A DNA stretch of 64,000 bases from an uncultured Cyclobacteriaceae bacterium (GCA_943788235.1 CALSPM010000002.1:469983-533982); one strand, 5' to 3'. Shown: positions 37,554 through 47,755, counted from the stretch's first letter. The notes: generated by a model from the sequence alone, not told the origin. Numbers and translations: made by a program.

Positions 37554-38381
37554 TTATGATAATTTATGATAATTCGCCAGACCTTCAATAGGAGTTGAAA
37601 CAATAGAATTAATAGCGATACCCACAGAGGCAGCGGCGGCTTCAAGCACACTACTGAATTGATATGCAATCGATCCGGCATAACTGACCAAAGTACCTGG
37701 ATTGTAATTACCAGCTACGGCTTTAAAATGCTCAAAAAATGCCTGATACACCAATTGGTGACAATAGGGATGGCTCAAATGAGTATGTAAAAAGAAGCTA
37801 AAACTTGCTAAAAAGGCTTTGGAGCCTACGGGATCGTACACCTTACTGATCAAGGTCGCTTCATCGAGTTTATAAGCTTTACGAAAATCGTTTTCCAAAT
37901 CTAAAGGCAGTTTTTGACGCGCAAAATCTATCAATAATTTTTTACCAAAAGCAGCCCCACTCCCCTCATCACCTAGTATATAGCCCAGAGAAGGGATTCT
38001 TTGCGTGATCACCTTACCATTGTAATAAGCAAAATTGGCACCTGTACCCAAGATCCCTATCCATCCTGGTGAGGTCTGATAAGCTCCTCTTGCCGCACCT
38101 ATGAGATCATTTTCAATCGCAATTTTTGCCCTTGGAAAGCTCTTTTTAATTTCATTCTGCGCATTTCTTCTCTGACGCGGAACGTCCAATAACCCCGCAA
38201 AATACAAATACACTTGATCCGCCTGACTAAAAGGTTCAAGGGACTTCGCTACTTTCTTCAAGAATTCAGTCAGTGTCTCATGAACTAGGTTCACTCCAAG
38301 GGTCTTGAATGTTTTCGAAACCCCATTTTCCAACACCATCCATTCAGTCTTGGTACCTCCTACGTCACCAATCAATATCAT
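37554..38381 (-). CDS. BadF/BadG/BcrA/BcrD-type ATPase (N-acetylglucosamine kinase-like)
   Basis: ILIGDVGGTKTEW, GILGTGANF and GYILGDEGSGA. 13 nt upstream of murQ. Confidence 0.7.
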   Translation of the reverse strand: MILIGDVGGTKTEWMVLENGVSKTFKTLGVNLVHETLTEFLKKVAKSLEPFSQADQVYLYFAGLLDVPRQRRNAQNEIKKSFPRAKIAIENDLIGAARGAYQTSPGWIGILGTGANFAYYNGKVITQRIPSLGYILGDEGSGAAFGKKLLIDFARQKLPLDLENDFRKAYKLDEATLISKVYDPVGSKAFLASFSFFLHTHLSHPYCHQLVYQAFFEHFKAVAGNYNPGTLVSYAGSIAYQFSSVLEAAAASVGIAINSIVSTPIEGLANYHKLS

Positions 38382-38540
38382 CAACTATCTATTCTATATG
38401 CAACGTACATCATTTACGTTAACAACAAAAAACAACCCAGAACAAATATCAGATGTCATCCCATCATATTATACGATTTCAAGAAAAAATCACAAAAACA
38501 TTGAGTTTTGCACGGCAATACTTATTTCAAACTAAAAGAC

Positions 38541-38572
38541 AAAAAAAGAGCGGAACTTATAGTGCCCGCTCT
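38541..38572 (-). terminator. rho-independent terminator of the interrupted secreted-protein gene
   Basis: The minus strand reads AGAGCGG-gcactataagtt-CCGCTCT followed by TTTTTTT. Confidence 0.6.
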
Positions 38573-38592
38573 CCTATTTAATTATTTAGTAT

Positions 38593-39264
38593 TTACTCTA
38601 AAATCATCAAGGTACTAACCATATAGCTGTTCAATATTTCAACCTCTCCCCTGTTTTGAATCATTTCAGCAAATGCCTTAGATGCTCTTATCTTGTCCAT
38701 GGTAAGCTCGACATCACTCAAGTTATCTCCGTAAAATACCGCATAATGAGTAGCCCCATTCCTACCCATATTCATCTTACCAAAACCCATCGAACGGTCA
38801 CCTATAATATCTGCCGTTTGCTCCACAAACTTATTATGAGCAGTAAGATACTTTTTTGAATCAGCTACCTTCATGATCCACATTTGTCCTACATTATTTT
38901 TTTCTCGGTCTCCTTCTTCCCATGCCAATGATTTTGCCGTATACGAGCCCGGTGCTTTGGATTGCTGATGCATCCACATTCCCCTCAAAAATGCATCCCA
39001 TTCAACATCGCTAGTCTCTTCTTTTGAACCCCAATTTGCAGGGTCCCCCGTCAAAAGGACACGATGGGTAACGTTATCTAAAAACCTTACTCTTTGTAAT
39101 ATGGCAGATCCGGAATTTCTTTCTCGATCAAAGTACTGTTCAAATATTTTTCCTACTTCTGCTTCGGATCCATTTTTAAAATCCCAGTTATATACTCGAA
39201 TACTCTAGGCATAAGAAAGGCTCGTAGCCATCAATGCAATAATGACGAATAAATTCTTTTTCAT
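38593..39264 (-). pseudogene. secreted hypothetical protein gene interrupted by one in-frame TAG at codon 20
   Basis: The ATG at 39264 gives MKKNLFVIIALMATSLSYA, then TAG (39205-39207), then in-frame SIRVYNWDFKNG...TGDPANWGSKEE..., joining the 153-aa track ORF. Total 224 codons in one frame. Confidence 0.7.
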
Positions 39265-39363
39265 GATTAATTTGTTTGGTTAACAATATCCAATGTTATC
39301 ATTATTTTTTAAATAAAAAAAAAGAAATATGCTAAAGTTGAACTCTATACCTAAAGCAAAAGA

Positions 39364-41736
39364 CTACTTTAAGTTTATCAGCGTAATGCCGCTGCCCCCG
39401 CGATCCACATGCTCGTCTTGCATGGTTTCAATGTTACGGTAGGTTTTCAGATGGGTTCTGATCACCTCTCTGAGCACCCCATGACCTTTTCCATGAATGA
39501 TCTTCAAGTTTGTATTACCCAAAACAATGGCGTCATCCATAAAGGCATCTAAAATAGCTAAGACTTCCTCCGGTCGCTTTCCCCTCACATCTAGTTCTCT
39601 TTTAAAATGCTCTTGCCTTTGAGCCAAATCAAGACCTCCAATACGCTTTTTTATTTTAGTTGTGTTTGAAGTAGGGCCTGAAATTTTCTCCAATCGATCC
39701 AGTTGAACTAAAGATATCAAAGACCCAAAAACGACTTGAGCTTTTTTCCCTTTGACGTATAATAAGGTACCTGTGCCCTCATGATTTTTGATGCGCACTT
39801 GATCCCCTACCTTGAAAGCGGCTGAATGAGTCTTTCTTTTTTCAGATGTAATGGCCATTTTCAATTTCAAATCCGCGATACTCTCCCGTCCTGCGCGCGT
39901 TTTTTCCTTATCTGCATTGGATTCTTTGATGTCCCGAATGACCCGCTCTATTTCTTTATTGGCACCCTCCAAAATCCGATTGGCTTCTAACTTTGATTCG
40001 CGAATGATTCGCTTTTTGTCCGATTCCAACATCTCCTTGAGAGATAAATAATCTTTACGCAATTGCTTTAACTGAGCCTCCTTTTGGGTTAAGTCTTGGT
40101 TAAGCTTCTCATATTTAGCCTTATCTCCTTGCAATTCGGTCAACATTTTGTCATAATCTACCTGACTGACTCCTATTTTACTTTTTGCGTAGGCGATTAA
40201 ATCACTATTCAAACCGATTTTTCGTGCGATTTCCAAAGCAAAGGAGCTACCGGGCTTTCCTATTTCTAATGCATAAAGTGGAACATAATGATCGGTATCA
40301 TAGCGCATTGCGCCATTGACCATATCCTTGGCATGGTCTGCATATTTTTTGATATTGGCATAATGTGTAGTAATGACCCCATATGACTGTTGATGAACCA
40401 GCCTATCCAGCAATGCCTCGGCAATGGCCCCACCAAATTGAGGTTCTGTACCTGTGCCAAATTCATCCATCAATATCAAGGATTTTCGGTCCGCCCATTC
40501 ACTGAAATATTTCATGGCAGTTAGTCGACTGCTGTAGGTACTCAAATCATTTTCTAGCGACTGTGAATCCCCGATATCAATAAATATTTGATCAAATACA
40601 CCAAACGTAGAAGCAGGATCTACGGTAACTGGAAACCCACATTGGAGCATGTATTGCAACAACCCTACGGTCTTCATGGCTACCGACTTACCTCCCGCAT
40701 TGGGACCAGAAATAATTAAAAATCTATGCTCTTGATGAGATAAATGAAGGTTTAAAGGTACCACTGCTTTCTGCTGCTTTTGATTGACTTTCCAAAGTAA
40801 TGGGTGTACCGCCTTGATCAATTCCATACCTGGTGTTTTTTTGAGTATTGGAATACAGGCACCGAATTGATACGCAAACTTGGCCTTTGCCCTTATGAAA
40901 TCTAGTTTCGGTAGAAAATCAGCACCTTTTTCTAACTCACTTAAATTTATTCTGACCCGATCACTCAATTGAGTCAAAACCCTGTGTACCTCGCGCTGCT
41001 CTTGATAGCCGAGTTCACGAACCATATTGTTCAATTCAAGTACTTGGGTAGGTTCCATGAAAACAGTTTGTCCAGTAGCGGATTCGTCATGGATAAACCC
41101 TGCTACTTTTCGTTTGAATTCTGTTTTAACAGGAATTACTAACCTACCTTCTCTGATGGTGATTTCCCCACTCTCATCTGTCAAATGATCTTTTTTGACT
41201 TGATCAAAGATGGTTTTAACGGATTTACGTACCTTTTGCTCAGATTTGACGATGTCGCGGCGGATTTTCATGAGTGCTGGACTGGCACTGTCCCGTACTT
41301 CCCCTCGCTCATCGATCACTTCGTCTATCTTATCAGATAAAGCCTGATCTACCTTGAGATCACTGACGAGTTTGGACAGCCAAGTATAGGATTCCTTATT
41401 CTTAGAAAGAAATTGCTGCCACTGACTTAAAATTCTATTGCCTTTGCTTAATAAGAAAAAATCATCAGCACCTAGATAACTGCCTTTTAGTTTAATTTTA
41501 CTCAAAAGCGGTTTAATATCTTCTAACCCCCCTTTTGGATAGCCTGCATCGTTTTCCGTAATTTTGATATAGTCTGAAGTCTGCATCAATCTTTGCCTGA
41601 TCTCACCATAATCGACTGATGGTGATGTCGATATCACTAATGCTCCTGAAACAGGCATCTGACAATATCCTTTAATCAAATCTCGTATCTGATCAACTTC
41701 TAATTTTTGCTCAATTTGAGTTGGATAAATGCGCAC
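39364..41736 (-). CDS. mutS2: endonuclease MutS2 (MutS domain V plus C-terminal Smr domain)
   Basis: ISGPNAGGKSV, LMDEFGTGTEP and TTHY, with a coiled-coil linker. Smr tail LDVRGKRPEEVL...IIHGKGHGVLR. GTG start. Confidence 0.9.
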   Translation of the reverse strand: MRIYPTQIEQKLEVDQIRDLIKGYCQMPVSGALVISTSPSVDYGEIRQRLMQTSDYIKITENDAGYPKGGLEDIKPLLSKIKLKGSYLGADDFFLLSKGNRILSQWQQFLSKNKESYTWLSKLVSDLKVDQALSDKIDEVIDERGEVRDSASPALMKIRRDIVKSEQKVRKSVKTIFDQVKKDHLTDESGEITIREGRLVIPVKTEFKRKVAGFIHDESATGQTVFMEPTQVLELNNMVRELGYQEQREVHRVLTQLSDRVRINLSELEKGADFLPKLDFIRAKAKFAYQFGACIPILKKTPGMELIKAVHPLLWKVNQKQQKAVVPLNLHLSHQEHRFLIISGPNAGGKSVAMKTVGLLQYMLQCGFPVTVDPASTFGVFDQIFIDIGDSQSLENDLSTYSSRLTAMKYFSEWADRKSLILMDEFGTGTEPQFGGAIAEALLDRLVHQQSYGVITTHYANIKKYADHAKDMVNGAMRYDTDHYVPLYALEIGKPGSSFALEIARKIGLNSDLIAYAKSKIGVSQVDYDKMLTELQGDKAKYEKLNQDLTQKEAQLKQLRKDYLSLKEMLESDKKRIIRESKLEANRILEGANKEIERVIRDIKESNADKEKTRAGRESIADLKLKMAITSEKRKTHSAAFKVGDQVRIKNHEGTGTLLYVKGKKAQVVFGSLISLVQLDRLEKISGPTSNTTKIKKRIGGLDLAQRQEHFKRELDVRGKRPEEVLAILDAFMDDAIVLGNTNLKIIHGKGHGVLREVIRTHLKTYRNIETMQDEHVDRGGSGITLINLK

Positions 41737-42074
41737 TAATCGATCCTTTTGGTACTCTCTCTGAGCACAAGACTATCTATGATGGCCGTATATACCTTTT
41801 CAAGTAAGCCAGGGTGCTCCAAATAATAAGCTAAGTTTTGAGTATACACCAAAGAGTCTACACCATGTTTTTCTAAAATTAATTTTTCAAAATGATCATA
41901 AATTTGAAAAGAAGTATCTCCTTTTTTTCCCAGAGTATTTATTTTTGATTCCAAAAGATGGACATCAAGTAAAATATTACTCATGACTAACTCGTCGAGC
42001 AAGGTATCAGGAGTCTGATCAGGGGTATTACAACCGATGATGATGCAAATAATTAAATAAGAAGATCGACGCAT
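41736..42074 (-). CDS. small lipoprotein (DUF4296-like)
   Basis: Lipobox IIIGC. 112 aa, immediately upstream of mutS2 with a 1-nt overlap. Confidence 0.45.
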   Translation of the reverse strand: MRRSSYLIICIIIGCNTPDQTPDTLLDELVMSNILLDVHLLESKINTLGKKGDTSFQIYDHFEKLILEKHGVDSLVYTQNLAYYLEHPGLLEKVYTAIIDSLVLRESTKRID

Positions 42075-42119
42075 TAGATAAACATTAATGTATATAGTTT
42101 TGCCACTAAATTAGGGTAC

Positions 42120-43007
42120 ATGAAGGAAATCCTCAAGAAGTTACGAAAATATGAGATAAGAGTGCGAAAAGCAATTAACTCTCAAATGCAAGGTGATTTT
42201 AAATCTATATTTAAAGGATCAGGTCTTGAGTTTGATGATGTAAGGACGTATCAATATGGAGATGACATCCGATCGATCGACTGGAATGTGACAGCAAAAG
42301 GCCAAGGAACCTTTATTAAAACCTTCAAAGAGGAAAAAGAACAAACGGTCTTTTTCATGTTAGATGTCTCGGCTTCACAGGAAATAGGCAAAAAAGGAAA
42401 TCAAAAAATAAACGTTGGTAAGGAATTGACCGCCCTACTGTCTATCTCTGCAATCAAAGAAAACAGTCAGGTAGGTCTCATGTGCTATTCGGATGAAGTA
42501 GAAAGTTACATTAAGCCTGCCAAAGGCATCAAACATTCCTATGAAATCATCAATTCATTGTTCAAGCTGACACCCAAATCAAAAAAAACAGACTTAAATA
42601 AAGGGATTAAATACCTACTCAATATACTCAAAAGACGAAGTGTTATTTTTGTTATTTCGGATTTTATAGATGACGGCTACCTGCAGAGCCTTAAAGGTAT
42701 GGCACGTAAACACGATCTTATCGCGATTCAACTCTATCATCCAAGAGAAGCCCAATTCCCTAAGGTGGGCATTGTTCCGTTGTACGAAAATGAATCTCAG
42801 CAAAACATTTGGGTCAATAGTTCGTCGACTAAGTTTAGAAAAATAATGGATCAAACTCACCAGACAAATACTGCTGATTTGGAGCGCTTTTGTGCACGTA
42901 ATGATGCCAATTATACCCATATTTCAACCGAAGAAGACTACGTTCCAGGCCTCCTTAAATTATTTACTCGTAGAAACAAAAAAAAATCATCTCAACGTGC
43001 CCGATAA
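42120..43007 (+). CDS. DUF58 domain protein (MoxR/Bat-associated)
   Basis: GSGLEFDDVRTYQYGDDIRSIDWNVTAK and FFMLDVSASQ, the typical DUF58 signature. Confidence 0.75.
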   Translation: MKEILKKLRKYEIRVRKAINSQMQGDFKSIFKGSGLEFDDVRTYQYGDDIRSIDWNVTAKGQGTFIKTFKEEKEQTVFFMLDVSASQEIGKKGNQKINVGKELTALLSISAIKENSQVGLMCYSDEVESYIKPAKGIKHSYEIINSLFKLTPKSKKTDLNKGIKYLLNILKRRSVIFVISDFIDDGYLQSLKGMARKHDLIAIQLYHPREAQFPKVGIVPLYENESQQNIWVNSSSTKFRKIMDQTHQTNTADLERFCARNDANYTHISTEEDYVPGLLKLFTRRNKKKSSQRAR

Positions 43008-43899
43008 ACGTCAAATTTTCATCTCATTATTGATGCTTTCCGTGCTGCTGGTGCAGAGCCAAGAAATTAAAATCAATGGGGGTTTCATTGAAGACAGTCT
43101 CCAATTGGGAACCACCGTTCATTATTGGGTCACCGCCGAATACCCTAAAGATATCGAAGTTCTTTTTGCCGATAGTAACTATAATTTCAGCCCTTTTGAA
43201 TATGCCGATAAGTTTTTCGTAGAGACCGAATTAAGAAACGACAATGCTTTTGATTCTGTCGTCTATGGCTTTCAGTCTTTTGAGATCGATCTGATTCAAA
43301 AACTGCAATTACCAGTCTTTGTGGTTCAATCCAATGATTCTATTTTATTGACGACCCCTCTGGATTCCTTATTTTTCGAAGAACTGGTGCCCCTGCTACA
43401 GGTCAGTGACACCACTCAATTGATTCAGAACACGCAATACAGTCCAGTAGATCGACTGTTCAATTATCCCTTCATGTGGATTATTGTAGGGATATTGTTG
43501 ATCATTTCCTTGATAATTTTCTTTATTTTTGGGCAAAAAATAAGAAATTATTTTACCATTAGAAGACTCAAAAAAGAATACAGTCTCTTTTCAAATTTTA
43601 TCAGTCAATCCATTAATGTTCTAAAGGAAAGCGTAGACCGCGAACGAGCTGCACAAGGCCTCACGCAGTGGAAAAACTACCTTGAAAGATTAGAATTGCA
43701 ACCTTTCAGCAAACTAACTACCAAAGAAATCTTGGCGCTCGAATTTACCTCAGAACTGAGAGAAGCCCTCCGGAATATTGATAAAAATGTTTACGGCAAT
43801 CATAGAGATCCCGAACTCTATAAAAGTTTTCAAGATATAGAAGATTTCACACAGCATAGATTTCATATGAAAATCGAGGATATTAAAAATGGAAAGTAA
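42997..43899 (+). CDS. hypothetical single-pass membrane protein of the Bat-type module
   Basis: GTG at 42997 or ATG at 43033. Signal-like LLMLSVLLVQSQ and one central TM segment (MWIIVGILLIISLIIFFIF). The start position is uncertain. Confidence 0.45.
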   Translation: MPDKRQIFISLLMLSVLLVQSQEIKINGGFIEDSLQLGTTVHYWVTAEYPKDIEVLFADSNYNFSPFEYADKFFVETELRNDNAFDSVVYGFQSFEIDLIQKLQLPVFVVQSNDSILLTTPLDSLFFEELVPLLQVSDTTQLIQNTQYSPVDRLFNYPFMWIIVGILLIISLIIFFIFGQKIRNYFTIRRLKKEYSLFSNFISQSINVLKESVDRERAAQGLTQWKNYLERLELQPFSKLTTKEILALEFTSELREALRNIDKNVYGNHRDPELYKSFQDIEDFTQHRFHMKIEDIKNGK

Positions 43900-44932
43900 T
43901 CAAATCACATGGTTTTCCTCTTATTGGTTCACTAAGGATCGTTTAGAAACCTTTGATTGGCAAAATACCCTTTGGCTGTATGCCTTAATTTTAATTCCTT
44001 TGATTTTTTTATTTCGATGGCTCATGCGGAGACTTTATAACCAAAAATTACCCATCGCCTTGAACAAAGAAAACGTCAAAAACGATGCCCTCAGTTTTTT
44101 AAGATTCATTCCCCCCATCATCATGTCTGCCGTAATGGCATTGGTCATCTTGGCATTGGCACGCCCCCAAACAACCGATGAGCAAATCGAACAATGGAGC
44201 GAAGGCATTGACATCATGATGGTAATTGACATATCCGAATCAATGCAAATTCAAGACTTTCAACCCAACAGATTGGAGTCGGCAAAAGAAGTAGCTAGGA
44301 ATTTTGTTAAGGGCCGTTTTCAGGATCGGATTGGACTAGTTGTTTTCTCTGGAGATGCCTATTCTAGATCCCCCCTAACGACCGATTATGAGCTTTTAAA
44401 CACTTACATAGATGGTATTGACTTCAGTTTAATCGAAAATCGAGGAACGGCCATAGGTAGTGCGCTAGCCGTAGGTACCAATCGGCTAAGAGAATCTGAA
44501 TCCGAATCCAAAGTGATGATCCTATTGTCCGATGGGGACAATACCGCAGGAAATATAGACCCCATTACCGCTGCTAAATTGGCCGCGGCCTACAATATCA
44601 CTATTTATTCTATTGCGATAGGCAAGGAAGGTAAAGTTCCTTTTGGGCAAGATTTTTTTGGGCGTCCCCGCTACGTGGAGAATACCTTGGATGAAACCAA
44701 TCTCAGAGAAATTGCTAAAATTGGTAATGGTAAATTCTATCGTGTCTCAGATAAAGCTGCTTTAGAGGCTGTATTCAATCAAATCGATCAGTTGGAAAAA
44801 GTAGAAATCAAAGAAACAAGATATAAAGACACCCTAGACTATTATTATATTTACCTGCAATGGGCGATTGCATTATTCCTTTTTTGGTTATTTATAAAAA
44901 CCACCTTCCTGTCTAATCTACTTTTGGATTGA
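43889..44932 (+). CDS. batA: VWA domain membrane protein BatA
   Basis: Two N-terminal TM segments and a VWA MIDAS motif (DIMMVIDISESM), then LLSDGDNTAG and a C-terminal TM segment. Confidence 0.8.
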   Translation: MESNQITWFSSYWFTKDRLETFDWQNTLWLYALILIPLIFLFRWLMRRLYNQKLPIALNKENVKNDALSFLRFIPPIIMSAVMALVILALARPQTTDEQIEQWSEGIDIMMVIDISESMQIQDFQPNRLESAKEVARNFVKGRFQDRIGLVVFSGDAYSRSPLTTDYELLNTYIDGIDFSLIENRGTAIGSALAVGTNRLRESESESKVMILLSDGDNTAGNIDPITAAKLAAAYNITIYSIAIGKEGKVPFGQDFFGRPRYVENTLDETNLREIAKIGNGKFYRVSDKAALEAVFNQIDQLEKVEIKETRYKDTLDYYYIYLQWAIALFLFWLFIKTTFLSNLLLD

Positions 44933-44983
44933 TAAGGACCATCGATTTTATCAAATCAAATACTCACTGATAATCTACATAAA

Positions 44984-45430
44984 ATGAAAGAAGATCTACG
45001 TAAGTTGTTTTTAAGAGATTTAGGCAAACTAGAAAAAGAAATCAATGCCTATCGCCATGAGCCTTCACTCTGGCTCATTGATAAAGAGATTTTAAATTCT
45101 GCAGGAAATCTATGCAAGCATTTGACCGGTAACCTGAAACATTTCATAGGGTATATCCTTGGGAAAACGGGCTATATCAGAGATCGAGAAGCCGAGTTCA
45201 GCACACCGCACCTCTCTAAAGCGTCCTTAAGTCTCGAAATTGCAACCACTAAAGAAGCCATCAATCTCGCCTTCGACCAATTAGACACTACCAAAATGCA
45301 GCTGAAATATCCCATCGAGGTTTTGGGTTATGAAATGACGGTTCAATATTTTCTTTTTCATCTCTTGAGCCATTTGAACTATCATCTCGGTCAGATCAAT
45401 TACCACAGGAGGCTACTGGATAAGCCTTAA
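44984..45430 (+). CDS. DinB-family protein (DUF1572-like)
   Basis: 148 aa, four-helix pattern with conserved His residues (CKHLTGNLKHF...HLLSHLNYHLGQI). Confidence 0.6.
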   Translation: MKEDLRKLFLRDLGKLEKEINAYRHEPSLWLIDKEILNSAGNLCKHLTGNLKHFIGYILGKTGYIRDREAEFSTPHLSKASLSLEIATTKEAINLAFDQLDTTKMQLKYPIEVLGYEMTVQYFLFHLLSHLNYHLGQINYHRRLLDKP

Positions 45431-46051
45431 TCATGACGTTATAAGGGCATAACCTATGCGAAGGCTGAACAATAACATCACGATGCTCAAAATTTTATTT
45501 ACACTAGAGATGACTTTGGGTTGGATCAAGTCCTTTAATTTTTGCGCCAATAAAGACTTGGAAATATCAAGGATCAAGGAAATCGTCAATACACCCAAAA
45601 AGAAATACCTATTACCTTTATCATCATAACTGTAATTAGCTTCTACCACCGAGATAAGAGAAATCCAAAAGACCAGTAAAAATGGATTTAATAAGTTGAT
45701 AATCATTCCTTTAAAAAAGTATTTAAAAGAAGCGTTCAACGGTGAAATTATTGTTTTTTTATCTAGATGATAAGGCGTCTTGAACCAATAGTATACCCCA
45801 GCACCCAACATAGCAATCATGGCGATCCCATTTCTAACCTCTACTGTATCGGAATTATTTAATAAGTCTGATAATCCGTAGAGTGAAATGCTAACAAGTA
45901 AAAAATCAATAAAAAAAGCCCCTAATATGAAAAGTAAACTGCGCTTGACTCCTTGCTGAATACTTGTTTGAATCAAAGCAAAAAAAGTGGGGCCAAAAAC
46001 AAAAATTAACATGAGACCAAAAAAAACACCATTGAGGAACGGCACTACCAT
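45431..46051 (-). CDS. LysE-family translocator
   Basis: 206 aa, six hydrophobic segments, N-terminal GPTFFALIQTSIQQG typical of LysE/RhtB. Confidence 0.7.
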   Translation of the reverse strand: MVVPFLNGVFFGLMLIFVFGPTFFALIQTSIQQGVKRSLLFILGAFFIDFLLVSISLYGLSDLLNNSDTVEVRNGIAMIAMLGAGVYYWFKTPYHLDKKTIISPLNASFKYFFKGMIINLLNPFLLVFWISLISVVEANYSYDDKGNRYFFLGVLTISLILDISKSLLAQKLKDLIQPKVISSVNKILSIVMLLFSLRIGYALITS

Positions 46052-46190
46052 ACTGTAAAAATAAGATCTAATCAGTAATAAACCATTGAGAAGGATGAAT
46101 AACCTATTACGTCTTATTTCAACGGATATTAATAAGACGACCTTAAGATATGAGGGATATTTTTTTCGATAAAAGGTATCGAGTATTATA

Positions 46191-46219
46191 AAAAAGGCCT
46201 CTGTTAGAGGCCTTTTTTT
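46191..46219 (-). terminator. rho-independent terminator (symmetrical, flanked by A/T runs)
   Basis: AAAAAGGCCTCTgttAGAGGCCTTTTTTT, 18 nt downstream of the stop at 46237. Confidence 0.75.
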
Positions 46220-46236
46220 ATGGCTTTAAAGAATAA

Positions 46237-46974
46237 CTATCGCCATGCAGAACTAAGTTTTGGTAATCTCTTGTGATGACGTATCCTACGGCCATCTGGC
46301 ATTAAAGAAGCTCTAAGCCGATCTTGATCTTCTTCAAGAGATCCTTCCCCAAATATATCATTATACTTTTTTGCAAAATCCGGCATTCTCTCCCAAGATT
46401 GCGCTTCACTGGTGAAGTCCTTATGATGAAATCTCACTTGAACCCAGTTCCCATCACATCCAGACATGCAGTTCATCACACCGACTCTATTTTTCATACC
46501 CATTTCAGTCCATGTCTTTTTTGCTCTTTCACGGTATCTCCAAAAGTCATCTAATCCCTCATCCTTAACATTATAATATATTATTCTTCTATGATTGAAC
46601 TTATTTTGCACTTCAGGGTTATAGGTCATCTCAGCATTTGCCCACCAAATTCTATTCCCTACGGAGGTATGAAGAGGACCTACGGTTTTTTGCCAAAAAT
46701 CATTACCTTCCTGATCCACCTCATCAAATTCAGCCAATGATTCAGCAATTTGCATTCTGACATAGTTATAGGCATTTGGACCTGTCAAAATTTGAAAAGT
46801 TACCCACCTAGGTTGATCGTCTTTACTATTATATAGCTGGTTTTTCTTTGCTACTGCGGCCTCAAATTTTACTACATCTGAAGGATCAACATCCAAGCGT
46901 CGCTGCTGGATTACTTGCGATTGTGCTGTAGTTAAAAATAGTGTGGTAATTAATGTAAAAATTATCTGTTTCAT
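46237..46974 (-). CDS. secreted hypothetical protein
   Basis: Signal peptide MKQIIFTLITTLFLTTAQSQ. 245 aa, no family recognised. Confidence 0.5.
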   Translation of the reverse strand: MKQIIFTLITTLFLTTAQSQVIQQRRLDVDPSDVVKFEAAVAKKNQLYNSKDDQPRWVTFQILTGPNAYNYVRMQIAESLAEFDEVDQEGNDFWQKTVGPLHTSVGNRIWWANAEMTYNPEVQNKFNHRRIIYYNVKDEGLDDFWRYRERAKKTWTEMGMKNRVGVMNCMSGCDGNWVQVRFHHKDFTSEAQSWERMPDFAKKYNDIFGEGSLEEDQDRLRASLMPDGRRIRHHKRLPKLSSAWR

Positions 46975-47086
46975 GGTATTTTGTGTTTGGTTTGAATTTT
47001 AAAGTTATTAAATTAAATAAAAATCGATGCAGTAAATTTTATTTTGTTTGTCGGAATATGCACTAATTTGTAATACCTAAAAAAAT

Positions 47087-47755
47087 ATGTTAACAATAAC
47101 TAAATATTTAGAAGAACTTGCTCCCTTCGGTGCCACCCTGATTGCGGTCTCCAAGACCAAACCTGATGAAATGATTCAAAAACTTTATGAAGAGGTTGGA
47201 CAAAGAGATTTTGGAGAGAACAAAGTACAAGAGTTAGTAGGTAAACACGAGCGCCTCCCAAAAGACATTCGCTGGCATATGATTGGGCATTTGCAAAGGA
47301 ATAAAGTTAAATACATCGCTCCCTTTGTTGATTTAATCCACTCAGTGGATTCGGAAAAACTCCTGCGAGAAATCAACAAAGAAGCCAGAAAAAACAGCAG
47401 AAAAATCAAGGTTTTGCTTCAGGTACATATTGCTAAGGAGACAGAAAAGTTTGGTTTTTCTATGGAAGACGTCTCCGCGCTTTCAAAGAAATTACCCACG
47501 TTAGATCTTGAAAATATTGAAATTATAGGTTTAATGGGAATGGCTACCTACACTGAAGATTCAACCCTCATCGCCCAAGAATTTACCCAACTCCATGAAC
47601 TTAAAATAAGCCTCAATGAACAAATGGAGCGGTATGATCAAAACTTTAAGGTACTCAGTATGGGCATGAGCGGAGATTACAAAATAGCCTTAGCCAATGG
47701 CAGTACGATGATCCGCATAGGCAGCGCCATATTTGGGGCTCGAAATTATGCATAA
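47087..47755 (+). CDS. yggS: YggS-family pyridoxal-phosphate homeostasis protein
   Basis: AVSKTKP (PLP Lys), FGENKVQE, WHMIGHLQRNK and MGMSGDY...GST.IRIG..IFG. Confidence 0.85.
   Translation: MLTITKYLEELAPFGATLIAVSKTKPDEMIQKLYEEVGQRDFGENKVQELVGKHERLPKDIRWHMIGHLQRNKVKYIAPFVDLIHSVDSEKLLREINKEARKNSRKIKVLLQVHIAKETEKFGFSMEDVSALSKKLPTLDLENIEIIGLMGMATYTEDSTLIAQEFTQLHELKISLNEQMERYDQNFKVLSMGMSGDYKIALANGSTMIRIGSAIFGARNYA

Noticed and set aside
37541-37681. 47-codon N-terminal extension of the murQ ORF, overlapping the upstream kinase gene
   Set aside because: The conserved MurQ N-terminus begins at MSITESSSP (ATG at 37540). The extension overlaps the end of the BadF-type ATPase gene and looks non-protein-like.
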